From Trueperaceae bacterium (GTDB taxonomy: Bacteria > Deinococcota > Deinococci > Deinococcales > Trueperaceae): a stretch of DNA of 64,000 nucleotides. Position numbers and translations under genes: made by a program. Within the stretch, counting starts at the first letter, position 1. Every line of letters begins with the position of its first letter. Under the pieces are notes generated by a model, which was not told the DNA's origin, did no database searches, and saw nothing but the letters and a program-made list of their open reading frames with translations. Location of the stretch: contig CBDCDZ010000004.1 in the NCBI GenBank assembly GCA_965215565.1, positions 640,001-704,000 of the forward strand, read 5' to 3'. Shown here in pieces: positions 1 through 8,827 of the stretch.

Positions 1-450
1 ACGGTTGAACAGTTCGAGGCGTTGTGCGCGGCGGTGGCTGAGGCGCGAGCGAAGCGAAGTGAAGAGGGCAAAGGGCGGCAGCGAGCCGTGGGCGGGGGAC
101 GCAAAGCGAAGCTGAGCTTAGAGCGACAACTGCTGGTTGTGCTGATGTACTACCGGCTCTATGTGACGCAGATACTCTTGGGCTATCTATTTGACCTAGA
201 CGATAGCAATGTCAGCCGTCTCATTGGCGAGTTGCGCCCTACGCTGCAAGCAGTTCTGCCCTTGCCGATTCAAGAAACGCTGCTCTTTGCCAAACCGAGA
301 AAGCGCATTGGAAGCTTAGAAGCGCTGCTCGAGAAGCATCCTGAACTCGAGGAAGTGCTTGTAGACGCTACCGAGCAGGCGTTACAGAAGCCTAAAGACA
401 AGGCGAGGCACAAAAGCAGGTATTCGGGCAAGAAGAAGCGGCATACGCTT

Positions 451-490
451 AGGTTAGAGCAAAGCTCAAAGGCTCTTAGCCTTCACCTAG
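451..490. mobile_element. 40-bp insertion with TAGG...CCTA ends and an internal hairpin
   Basis: Exact removal restores the transposase frame; boundary can shift by 1 nt. Confidence 0.65.
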
Positions 491-877
491 AAGACGCAGG
501 TCACAAGCACGCCTGAAGGTCTATTCCTCCACGTATCGCGCTCCATTGAGGGGCGTGTCAGTGACATCACCCTGCTAAGGGGCAGCGACCTGCTACGTGA
601 GTTGCCCCTCAAGCTAGACGTGCGCGTCGACCGTGGCTACGACGGCGTTGCACAAGACTATCCCAACAGGCACTTCGAGCAGCCCTACAAAGCCAGGCGT
701 AACAAACCCTTAGACCTCATCCAAAAGCTCGCCAACAGCCTACAGAACAAAGCTCGCGTCAAAGTGGAAAACGCGCTGGCTCACCTCAAGCGTTTCAAGC
801 TCCTAGCCGGTCTCTACCGAGGTCCAGAAAGGAGCTATGACGACACCTTCTTAACCATCGCCGGACTTCACAACAGA

Positions 878-1004
878 GCCTTTAGCAGGGCGTCTAGCGG
901 GAGCGCGCGCTTTTCCGCGCGACTTCATGCCGTTATCAACGCGCTAACTCAATGACCAGATGCGTCGCGCGTGGACCGCTCCCGCTAGACCTGCTGCTAA
1001 AGGC
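878..1004. mobile_element. MITE with 28-bp imperfect terminal inverted repeats
   Basis: GCCTTTAGCAGGGCGTCTAGCGGGAGCG (878-905) versus CGCTCCCGCTAGACCTGCTGCTAAAGGC (977-1004), 3 mismatches. Confidence 0.75.
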
Positions 1005-1096
1005 GCAAGCTAGATAGGCTCACTTGGTAAGCCAACCGCCTACCCCTCAGAAGCCTCGACGCTCGTTATGGATTTATTTCGCAGATTATTTATTGC

Positions 1097-1411
1097 ATGA
1101 GCTTACCCTATAAACTGCACATTGACCACATGGAGGACGGTGGCTTCTATGCACACTACTACGAGTTAGGGCGAGCCGTGGCACATGGTGACGACGCAAC
1201 GGTTGAAGAAGCTGTCAAAGAGGCATCTGTTTCTAAAGAACTCCTTTTTGAAGATATGTTGGAAGATGGCGACGCCATTCCCGAACCCAGCACCTACAGC
1301 GGACGCTTCCAAGTCCGCCTCCCCAAAAGCCTGCACCGCACTCTCGCCCAAGAAGCCGTGCGCGAAGGGGTCAGTCTCAACATGCTGGTCGTCAGCAAGC
1401 TCTCACGCTGA
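1097..1411 (+). CDS. hicB: HicB-family antitoxin, probably 5'-truncated by the IS
   Basis: EDGGFYA...HGD and YSGRFQVRLPKSLH..GVSLN motifs; lacks the N-terminal ~11 aa of paralog 3403-3759. Confidence 0.8.
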   Translation: MSLPYKLHIDHMEDGGFYAHYYELGRAVAHGDDATVEEAVKEASVSKELLFEDMLEDGDAIPEPSTYSGRFQVRLPKSLHRTLAQEAVREGVSLNMLVVSKLSR

Positions 1412-1505
1412 GGTATACTTTAACCAATCTGTCACTAGCATCGCGAGTTTGTGGGAAATAGCGGTTGAAGTCAGTACAGGCAAGCTCGAGCGAGGAATTC
1501 TATGA
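1410..1505 (+). pseudogene. PIN-domain (VapC-like) toxin fragment
   Basis: EVYF...SIASLWEIAVEVSTGKL resembles the PIN SxWEIxxKxxxGKL segment; no start. Confidence 0.5.
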
Positions 1506-2002
1506 AATGGCTCGTAAGGGATGTTCAACTCGAGGATGCAAGAGCAATTGTTGATATTCTCAATCCTATCATCGAGTCAGGCGCGTTTACTGTCTTAGAT
1601 AAGCCTTTTAGCCTGGACGCCGAGCGCGAATTTATAGCAAATTTTCCAGAAGAGGGTATTTTCCACGTTGCAGTGGACGAGAACGAGCATTGTATCGCTG
1701 GATTTCAAACTGTAGAGCCGTTTGCATCCTACACTCGATTTTTTGACCATGTTGGCGTGATTGGCACTTATGTAGACCTCAACGCCCTCCGACAAGGTGT
1801 TGCTTCTAGCTTGTTTCCTGCTACCTTCGCAGCCATGCGGCAAAAGGGTTACGAAAAAGTCTTTGCTTACGTACGAGGTGACAATCCAACAGCACTGAGC
1901 ACCTATCAAAAGCACGGGTTTTCCGTTGTTGGTACGGCTCAAAAACATGCCAAGATAGGTGAAAGATACGTTGATGAAACTATCATTGAGCGATTTATAT
2001 AG
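1502..2002 (+). CDS. GNAT acetyltransferase (YncA/Pat-like)
   Basis: YVDLNALRQGVAS motif A; N..AL..YQKHGF. Confidence 0.85.
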   Translation: MKWLVRDVQLEDARAIVDILNPIIESGAFTVLDKPFSLDAEREFIANFPEEGIFHVAVDENEHCIAGFQTVEPFASYTRFFDHVGVIGTYVDLNALRQGVASSLFPATFAAMRQKGYEKVFAYVRGDNPTALSTYQKHGFSVVGTAQKHAKIGERYVDETIIERFI

Positions 2003-2063
2003 TTACCTTTCCTGCAGTGATGAACTGTACACCTGGACGCGCAAAAGCCTTTAGGCTGATGAG

Positions 2064-3053
2064 GTGACACGCTCTTTTCGCTCTCGCCTCGAGCCCCTCC
2101 TCAGCCTCCTCTGCTCTCTCTACCTCTTCGCTTTAGCCGCGCTCAGCGTCATCACCCTCACGCGCCCTTTCAGCGACGCTTACGGCTTATGGACCCTCCC
2201 TGGACTTTGGCTCAACGTTTTACCTGTTCTTTTTCTGGCGGTTTTCCCTATTGCCCTCTTCGGCTTTCTGGTCAAACACCACAGCTTGATGCTGGGGTCT
2301 ACGCTCGCAGTCGCGCTCATGCTGTGGCTCTTCGCGCCCTATTTTCTCGCCAATCCTCCAGCGAATACGCCCGCCAACCTCTCTATCATGACTTTCAATA
2401 CGATCGTCAACCCTACAGCTTTAGAGGATGCGGTCAACGAATACGACACGGACCTCGTACTCATCCAGGAGACGCCGAGCCTGAGTGAGCTTCAGGAACT
2501 CGAGCTCATGAAACGCTATACCCTCGTTTATGGCGGAGAAAGGCGAGGCAACGCAGTCTTGTCAAAGTATCCCGTGCTCACTGAGCGCAATATCTCGCTA
2601 GGGAACGGCTGGGAGGCGCAGCGGCTAGTCATAGAGGTGGACGGGCGCGAACTCGCCGTGTACAACATCCACCTCTTGCTCCCGCTCAACTTGCGTCCGG
2701 TGGAGAGCACAGTAGGGCAGCTTCTCGGGGCGCGTTACGACGAGCGGACGCGCAACGCGCAGATTCGGACGCTTCTAGGGGAATTAGGGACCGAACCGCT
2801 CCCCTACCTCGTCGCAGGCGACTTCAACCTGAGCGAATACTCGCCCGTTTATAGTGAATTAGCTACTGTCATGAAGGACAGCTACCGCGAGTCGAGTCGG
2901 GGCTTTGGGTTCAGTTGGCACAGCGCTTTTACCTTCTTGCGCATCGACTATATTTGGCATTCGCCCGCGCTCGTCGCCGTAGAAAGTTTGCGCGGTGAGC
3001 GTTTTGCTTCCGACCACCATCCGGTTATCAGTGAGTTAGCTTGGGCTCGCTAG
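2064..3053 (+). CDS. Membrane-anchored endonuclease/exonuclease/phosphatase family protein
   Basis: N-terminal TM helices; MTFN, LIQE, AGDFN, RIDY and SDH motifs. Confidence 0.85.
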   Translation: MTRSFRSRLEPLLSLLCSLYLFALAALSVITLTRPFSDAYGLWTLPGLWLNVLPVLFLAVFPIALFGFLVKHHSLMLGSTLAVALMLWLFAPYFLANPPANTPANLSIMTFNTIVNPTALEDAVNEYDTDLVLIQETPSLSELQELELMKRYTLVYGGERRGNAVLSKYPVLTERNISLGNGWEAQRLVIEVDGRELAVYNIHLLLPLNLRPVESTVGQLLGARYDERTRNAQIRTLLGELGTEPLPYLVAGDFNLSEYSPVYSELATVMKDSYRESSRGFGFSWHSAFTFLRIDYIWHSPALVAVESLRGERFASDHHPVISELAWAR

Positions 3054-3125
3054 ATTGCTGCACACCACTTTGTTAAGCCAATGCAAACCTCGACTTCATA
3101 ACACTGTATGTAGTATCATAAAGGT

Positions 3126-3365
3126 GTGAGCCGCACGGATAAGCTCGTTCAAAAATTCTTGCAATTTCCCAAAACGATGCGTTTCAGTGAGGTGAAAAAA
3201 GTTCTGGAGCACTTTACGAAGTTTTCGCTACTGCGAAACGGTTATGAAGAGGTACGCATAGCAGGGAGTCACCACATTTTTCAGAAAGCCGGGGCTACGC
3301 TTATCAACGTGCCTACAATTCGCGGTAGAGAGGTCAAAGTAGAGTATCAAGGCAATTGCCGCTGA
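3126..3365 (+). pseudogene. hicA: HicA mRNA interferase, likely inactivated
   Basis: GSHHIF motif; in-frame 24-bp insert at 3214-3237; apparent frameshift at VEY near 3345, with KAIAADLDL continuing in another frame. Confidence 0.7.
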
Positions 3366-3402
3366 CCTCGATTTACAAGGAGCCTCGATAGAAGGAGTAT
3401 GT

Positions 3403-3759
3403 ATGGCTGTCCAAGATAAAACGCTCGAGCACTACATGAGCCTCAACTATCCCGTAGAGATTCGTCCGATGGAGGACGGCGGCTACTACGCCCGAATGCC
3501 CGACTTCGGCAGAGCTGCTGTTCACGCTGACGGCGAGAACATTGAGAAAGCGCTCAAGGAGCTGAACGTGGTCAAGCGACTTATCTTAGAGGTGATGCTC
3601 GAGCACGGCGATTCTATCCCCGAACCAGGCTCCTACAACACCTACAGCGGACGCTTCCAAGTCCGCCTCCCTAAAAGCCTACACCGCGCCCTAGCCCAAG
3701 AAGCCGAGCGCGAAGGGGTCAGTCTCAACATGTTAGTCGTCAGCAAGCTCTCTCGCTAA
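3403..3759 (+). CDS. hicB: HicB antitoxin
   Basis: YPVEIRPMEDGGYYA, YSGRFQVRLPKSLH; follows hicA; AGGAG RBS. Confidence 0.9.
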   Translation: MAVQDKTLEHYMSLNYPVEIRPMEDGGYYARMPDFGRAAVHADGENIEKALKELNVVKRLILEVMLEHGDSIPEPGSYNTYSGRFQVRLPKSLHRALAQEAEREGVSLNMLVVSKLSR

Positions 3760-3845
3760 ACCCTGCTTTGACAGCAACATTAAATTTTACACTGAGCATC
3801 TTTTTAAGAGAGAGGTCCTCGCGTTCGTTGAGGTATACTCCTCGT

Positions 3846-3899
3846 ATGCACCTCTCGCCTTTCTGGAAGTCAGGGTCCCAACGATGGCGTCGCTGTTAG
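3846..3899 (+). promoter_or_regulatory. Candidate Trp leader peptide MHLSPFWKSGSQRWRRC, leaderless
   Basis: TATACT at 3834-3839, ATG 6 nt later, two TGG codons, upstream of trpE. Confidence 0.45.
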
Positions 3900-4048
3900 A
3901 TTGACGGTGTACCACAAATTGCGTTCCATAGCCTAAAAAGAGCTTCAAGAACACAGACGCGAACCTCTTTAGAATGCGCAATTTGGGACACCTTCCGGTT
4001 TCGCCCATCTGTATAAAGCACGAGGTTCTACGCCAGAAAAAGCGAGGT

Positions 4049-5488
4049 ATGTCCGTGACGCTTGCAGGTATCCGTACCAGAGTTAAACCCATCTACAAAG
4101 AGGTTCTAGCCGATTTAGAAACGCCTCTGACCGCTTACCTCAAGGTGGCGGGGCATCCGTCGTTCTTGCTAGAAAGCGTCGAACAGGGCGAGCGTGTAGC
4201 GCGGTACTCGTTTATCGGGACGGGCGAACGGCGGCGTATTGAAGCGAGAGGTGAACACCTCACCGTCACCACGGCGGAGGGCGCAGAGACGTTTGAGTCT
4301 AATGACCCTTTGCGCGTGCTCTGGGACTTGACGGTTAAAGACGCCGTTCAAGACCCCGTTCTTCCCGACTTCTGGGCGGGCGCAGTCGGCTACGCAAGCT
4401 ACGACCTCATTCGGTGTTACGAGACCCTACCGGACAACAATCCCGACGAACTAAGCATCCCCGACCTCTTATTTATCGAACCCGAGGCGCTCATCATCTT
4501 CGACCACCTCAAGCGGCGTATCTTCATCGTCGCGCCTGCGGAGGTGGACGACGAGGCGGATGAGGTGCGGGCTCGAGACCTCGTCGAACGCCTCTACACG
4601 CGGCTGCGCGGTCCGTTGCCAGGTGTACCGGGCGATAGGGCAGGGATACGCACTGAGTTTAAGAGCAATTTTACGCAAGAGGGCTTCAAAGCTGCCGTTT
4701 CGAAAGCGGTGGAGTACATTCACGCAGGCGACATCTTCCAAGTGGTGCCGAGTCAACGTTTGACCTCTGACTTGGGCGTGCATCCGTTTGCGCTCTACCG
4801 CGCTTTGAGGACCGTCAACCCAAGCCCGTATCTGGGCTATCTGGACTTGGGTCCGGTGACGTTGGTCTCGAGCAGCCCCGAGAGCTTAGTGCGCAGTGAC
4901 GGCAAGCGCGTAGATACCTTACCCATCGCGGGTACACGAAAACGCGGCGCGACGCCCCAAGAAGACGCCGCATTAGCCGCAGAACTTCTAGCTGACGAAA
5001 AGGAACGCGCTGAACACATTATGTTGGTGGATTTAGGGCGCAACGACCTGGGGCGCGTCTGCGAGTTCGGCAGCGTGAAAGTCACCGATCTCATGCGCGT
5101 CGAGCGTTATAGCCACGTGATGCACATCGTTTCGGAGGTGACGGGGACGCTCGCTGAGGGTAAAACACCGCTTGACGCGCTCGCGAGTACGCTACCGATG
5201 GGCACAGCGTCGGGCGCACCCAAGATTCGGGCGATGGAGATCATTGACGAGTTAGAGTCCGTACGTCGTGGACCCTACGCGGGCGCGTTCGGCTACTTGA
5301 GCGTGTCGGGTGCGATGGATATGGCGCTGACGCTCCGCACGGCTGTCATCGCCAAGGGCAAACTTCACCTGCAAGCAGGCGGCGGCATTGTGGCGGATTC
5401 TGACCCCGAGTTTGAATATCAGGAATCGATGAATAAGTTGGCGGCATTGGTGCGAGCCGTTGAACTCGCCACCGAAGGATTAGCGTGA
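4049..5488 (+). CDS. trpE: Anthranilate synthase component I
   Basis: LLES, RYSF, GDIFQVV, NPSPY, PIAGT, KERAEHIMLVDLGRND and SGAPK motifs; start could be 4055. Confidence 0.95.
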   Translation: MSVTLAGIRTRVKPIYKEVLADLETPLTAYLKVAGHPSFLLESVEQGERVARYSFIGTGERRRIEARGEHLTVTTAEGAETFESNDPLRVLWDLTVKDAVQDPVLPDFWAGAVGYASYDLIRCYETLPDNNPDELSIPDLLFIEPEALIIFDHLKRRIFIVAPAEVDDEADEVRARDLVERLYTRLRGPLPGVPGDRAGIRTEFKSNFTQEGFKAAVSKAVEYIHAGDIFQVVPSQRLTSDLGVHPFALYRALRTVNPSPYLGYLDLGPVTLVSSSPESLVRSDGKRVDTLPIAGTRKRGATPQEDAALAAELLADEKERAEHIMLVDLGRNDLGRVCEFGSVKVTDLMRVERYSHVMHIVSEVTGTLAEGKTPLDALASTLPMGTASGAPKIRAMEIIDELESVRRGPYAGAFGYLSVSGAMDMALTLRTAVIAKGKLHLQAGGGIVADSDPEFEYQESMNKLAALVRAVELATEGLA

Positions 5489-5946
5489 TTCGCGCTTGTC
5501 AACTCGAGGATGCAAGAGGTTTGACTTCTTTGCTTCACACGCTCGAGAACCTCTCCACCATCGCCACAGAATCTTTCGAAGTAACGCTGGCAAGGGTCAA
5601 AAAGCAGTTGGCGCACATCGTCAAAAGCGCAGAGCACACCCTTCTCGTTGCCGTAAACAGTGAGCGACTTAGCGCGTACATTAACGTTCACTGGCATCCT
5701 ACGCTCCTTCACGCCGACGGTGAAGGCTTCGTCTCGGAGCTTTTTGTGCATCCCGAGGCGCGTGGGGAAGGTTTAGGCACCTCTTTGCTTCATTCTATCC
5801 TTGAAGAGGGTAGGGTCAGGGGCTGCGCACGGCTGTCTCTTCTTAACATGCGCAATAAGTCTTCTTACGAGCGTGCGTACTATACTAAAAGAGGCTGGCA
5901 GGAGCGACCTCACGCGGCGAACTTCGTGCTCGAGTTAAAAGATTGA
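5485..5946 (+). CDS. GNAT acetyltransferase
   Basis: ELFVHPEARGEGLG motif. Confidence 0.85.
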   Translation: MIRACQLEDARGLTSLLHTLENLSTIATESFEVTLARVKKQLAHIVKSAEHTLLVAVNSERLSAYINVHWHPTLLHADGEGFVSELFVHPEARGEGLGTSLLHSILEEGRVRGCARLSLLNMRNKSSYERAYYTKRGWQERPHAANFVLELKD

Positions 5947-5952
5947 ACCCCT

Positions 5953-6531
5953 ATGAACATCCTCCTCATCCAAGGGCACCCTGACCCTGAAAGCTACTGC
6001 TTTGCCCTTGCCGAAGCGTATGAGCGAGGCGCATTAGCGAGCGGCGCTGAGGTCAAAGAAATTGTCGTTGCGCAGCTCAACTTCGACCCTAACTTGCGTT
6101 ACGGCTACCGAAAGCGCACCGACTTAGAGCCTGACTTGCTCGAAGCGCAAAGGCTCATCAAGTGGTCAGACCACATCGTCATGGTTCATCCCGTGTGGTG
6201 GGGCTCGGTGCCTGCGCTCCTCAAAGGGTTTTTAGATAGAGTCTTCTTACCGGGTTTCGCGTTCAAGAAGCACGAAGGCTCGAAGATTCGCTGGGACAAG
6301 CTGCTTAAAGGGCGCTCCGCGCGTATCATCGCAACCGCAGACCAGCCCGCCTGGTTTTACTGGTTGCGCTACAACCGCCCGAGCTACCATATGCTCAAAG
6401 GGCTTTTGTTCGAGTTTTGCGGTATTCGTCCGGTAAGAAGTACCTTTATCGGACCCGTCCGGCTCTCCTCGGATGCGTTTCGGAAGAGGTGGCTCGAGAA
6501 AGTCCATCAACTAGGCGCAAAGCGCAGTTAG
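5953..6531 (+). CDS. Flavodoxin-fold NAD(P)H:quinone oxidoreductase
   Basis: GHP..ES and PVWWGSVPALLKGFLDRV motifs. Confidence 0.9.
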   Translation: MNILLIQGHPDPESYCFALAEAYERGALASGAEVKEIVVAQLNFDPNLRYGYRKRTDLEPDLLEAQRLIKWSDHIVMVHPVWWGSVPALLKGFLDRVFLPGFAFKKHEGSKIRWDKLLKGRSARIIATADQPAWFYWLRYNRPSYHMLKGLLFEFCGIRPVRSTFIGPVRLSSDAFRKRWLEKVHQLGAKRS

Positions 6532-6557
6532 TTCCTCATCTTTAGAAGAGGTATTTC

Positions 6558-7133
6558 GTGAAAATCTTAGTCATTGACAACTACGACTCGTTTACCTACA
6601 ATCTCGTGCAATACCTGGGCGAACTCGGCATCACCCCGACAGTGTGGCGTAACGATCAGTTCAGCTTGGAGGACATTGACGACCTCAACCCTGACGGCAT
6701 CGTCGTCTCCCCAGGTCCTTGCACGCCAACTGAAGCGGGTCATTCCGTCGAGGTCATCAAACGCTACAGTGAAAAGACACCCATCTTCGGCGTGTGCTTG
6801 GGTCATCAGAGCATCGGACAGGCCTACGGCGCGAGCGTCGTGCGTGCGCCTAAAATCATGCACGGCAAGACGAGCGAGATTCGTCACGACGGGACGGCGT
6901 CGTTTAAGGATTTGGGCGAGAGTGTCACAGCGACGCGCTACCACTCGCTCATCGTCAAGGATTTGCCCAATGTTTTAGAAGCGAACGCTTGGGTGAACGA
7001 CGGCGGCGAAGAGGTCATCATGGGGCTGCGTCACAAGACCTATCCAGTGTGGGGCGTGCAGTTTCACCCCGAGAGCATCCTGACCGAAACAGGGAAACAG
7101 ATGCTGCAAAACTTTTTGGATGTCTGCAAGTGA
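6558..7133 (+). CDS. trpG: Anthranilate synthase component II (glutamine amidotransferase)
   Basis: IDNYDSFTYNL, SPGP, GVCLGHQ, RYHSL and QFHPES motifs. Confidence 0.95.
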   Translation: MKILVIDNYDSFTYNLVQYLGELGITPTVWRNDQFSLEDIDDLNPDGIVVSPGPCTPTEAGHSVEVIKRYSEKTPIFGVCLGHQSIGQAYGASVVRAPKIMHGKTSEIRHDGTASFKDLGESVTATRYHSLIVKDLPNVLEANAWVNDGGEEVIMGLRHKTYPVWGVQFHPESILTETGKQMLQNFLDVCK

Positions 7134-7648
7134 TACACCCTCCTACGGTGATTACACTCAACTTGGAGGCAAAGACAAAGGTGCGCGACAAAGGCGAAGA
7201 GGTCGAGCGGTACGCCTTGGACTTTGCTCATCCTCGAGCTTACGGACTGGCCTACGCGCATCCGGTAGAAAACAAGTATGTGACGCGCCACGACTCTCAG
7301 GTGCTTCCTTCTCTCAACTTGCAAATCACGCGTTTTGACTGGCGCACGGACGACCATCCTTACGGCAAATACGACTACTACATCGATATTATTGGAGAGG
7401 TTGAGCAGAACGAAGAGGTCTGGACCGTGCGCGACCTCTACCTCGATGTTCTAGTTCTCGAGGGAAAGTGGGCTAAGGTGGTTGACACGGAGGACTACCT
7501 ACAGGCTGTAGACGCAGGGCACTTCCTCGCCGACGAGCGCGAGCTGACCTTACAGCGTACGCATTGGCTCGTCAACCAACTCGGTGAACACGGCTATTCG
7601 TTAGAACGCTTTTTGGCACAACACGACATACGCTTGGAGTGGGACTGA
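7130..7648 (+). CDS. DUF402 family protein
   Basis: YYIDI...VRDLYLDV...VDTEDY; GTG overlaps the trpG stop. Confidence 0.75.
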   Translation: MIHPPTVITLNLEAKTKVRDKGEEVERYALDFAHPRAYGLAYAHPVENKYVTRHDSQVLPSLNLQITRFDWRTDDHPYGKYDYYIDIIGEVEQNEEVWTVRDLYLDVLVLEGKWAKVVDTEDYLQAVDAGHFLADERELTLQRTHWLVNQLGEHGYSLERFLAQHDIRLEWD

Positions 7649-8283
7649 TGCTCGACCTCACCACGATTCTCGTCTTTTCAGCCGCTGCGCTGCTCCTTAG
7701 CATCACCCCCGGGCCGGACATGCTCTACATCATCGCGCGGAGCGTCGGGCAGGGTCGCGGGGCGGGCTTGGTCTCGATTCTCGGGATTTATACGGGCGTC
7801 GTGGTGCATATTGCGGCGGCGGTGCTGGGGCTTTCGGCGCTGCTTGCATCCTCAGCATTAGCGTTTAGCATCGTGAAGTACTTGGGCGCGGCGTACCTCA
7901 TCTACTTGGGCGTGCGCACATTATTGAGCAAAGATGAAGAGGTGGAGAAGCTCGAGCTGTCCCGCGCTGGCTCTTACAAAATCTACTACCAGGGCATGAT
8001 TACAAACGTCCTGAATCCTAAAATCGCCCTCTTCTTCCTCGCCTTCTTACCGCAATTTGTGGATTCAGGAAACGGCGCAGTCGTTACGCAAATCCTCTTG
8101 CTCGGTCTGCTTTTCGTGGTGAACGGCGCACTTGTAGACATTGCGGTTGCGCTGCTCGCAGGTGCACTCGGCAACTGGCTCAAGGCGAAGACGGTCTTTT
8201 GGCAAGCGCAACGCTGGTTTACGGGGACGGTTTTTATCGCGCTGGGCATCGGCACGGCGTTCACAGATACGCGCAAGACGTAA
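7648..8283 (+). CDS. LysE/RhtB family exporter
   Basis: ITPGPD, GAAYLIYLG and NPK..LFF motifs. Confidence 0.9.
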   Translation: MLDLTTILVFSAAALLLSITPGPDMLYIIARSVGQGRGAGLVSILGIYTGVVVHIAAAVLGLSALLASSALAFSIVKYLGAAYLIYLGVRTLLSKDEEVEKLELSRAGSYKIYYQGMITNVLNPKIALFFLAFLPQFVDSGNGAVVTQILLLGLLFVVNGALVDIAVALLAGALGNWLKAKTVFWQAQRWFTGTVFIALGIGTAFTDTRKT

Positions 8284-8670
8284 ATGGCGCAGGTTGTAGT
8301 TTACGGGCTAAGAGGTCATTTGGAAGAGGTTAGGACTGAACTTTCCGATGTAATTCATAGCTGCTTGGTGGACACTCTAGGATTCCCCGCCGACAAGAGG
8401 TTTCAGCGGTTTGTGGGGCTCGAGCCCCACGACTTTATCTCTCCCGCGAATCGAACAAAGAGGTATACGATTCTCGAAATCAGCATGTTCGAAGGGCGTA
8501 GTGTAGAGAGTAAGAAGAGATTCATCCGGCTGCTTTTTGAGAGGTGCAGCGCGTTAGGTATCGCAGAAAACGACTTAGAAATCACGATTTTTGAAATGCC
8601 CAAACACAATTGGGGCATTCGCGGCGTACCCGGAGATGAGCTAGACCTCTCGTACAAGGTTGAGGTTTAG
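8284..8670 (+). CDS. Tautomerase-family protein
   Basis: KRFQRF, EISMFEGRS and NWGIRG motifs. Confidence 0.8.
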   Translation: MAQVVVYGLRGHLEEVRTELSDVIHSCLVDTLGFPADKRFQRFVGLEPHDFISPANRTKRYTILEISMFEGRSVESKKRFIRLLFERCSALGIAENDLEITIFEMPKHNWGIRGVPGDELDLSYKVEV

Positions 8671-8696
8671 TACACTGTCAGCTAAATAATGAAACA

Positions 8697-8798
8697 TGTC
8701 CTGAACGAAACGAAGTGGAGTGAAAGAATCTCTGCCCTTACCCTCTCCCCTGTCAGAGATTGCGAAACGAGACCCCTCGACTGGGCTCGGGGTGACAA
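8697..8798. repeat. Degenerate TGTC(A)..CTGA..GA..C..GA..TGACA-type palindromic repeat
   Basis: tgtcctgaacgaaacgaagtggagtgaaagaatctc ... gagacccctcgactgggctcggggtgaca; resembles a widespread REP-like repeat. Confidence 0.45.
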
Positions 8799-8827
8799 AC
8801 ATAATGTAAATCTTGGAGGAACCCAAC

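Larger units (their letters stand above)
22..1030 (+). pseudogene. DDE transposase pseudogene
   Basis: Removing 451-490 restores KKKRHTL-KTQVTSTPEGLFLHVS in frame with ORF 602; the C-terminus RKLDRLTW* resumes after the 878-1004 insert. Confidence 0.8.
1..1093 (+). mobile_element. IS5-family (ISL2-like; HTH_Tnp_4 + DDE_Tnp_4) insertion sequence, cut by the window start and inactivated by two internal insertions
   Basis: ORFs 22-516 and 602-955 carry GGGRK, DATEQ, YSGKKKRHTL, DRGY and RVKVENALAHLKRF motifs; right end near TATTTCGCAGATTATTTA is approximate. Confidence 0.8.

Noticed and set aside
440..610. Programmed frameshift in the IS5-like transposase
   Set aside because: The frame change is fully explained by the 40-bp insertion
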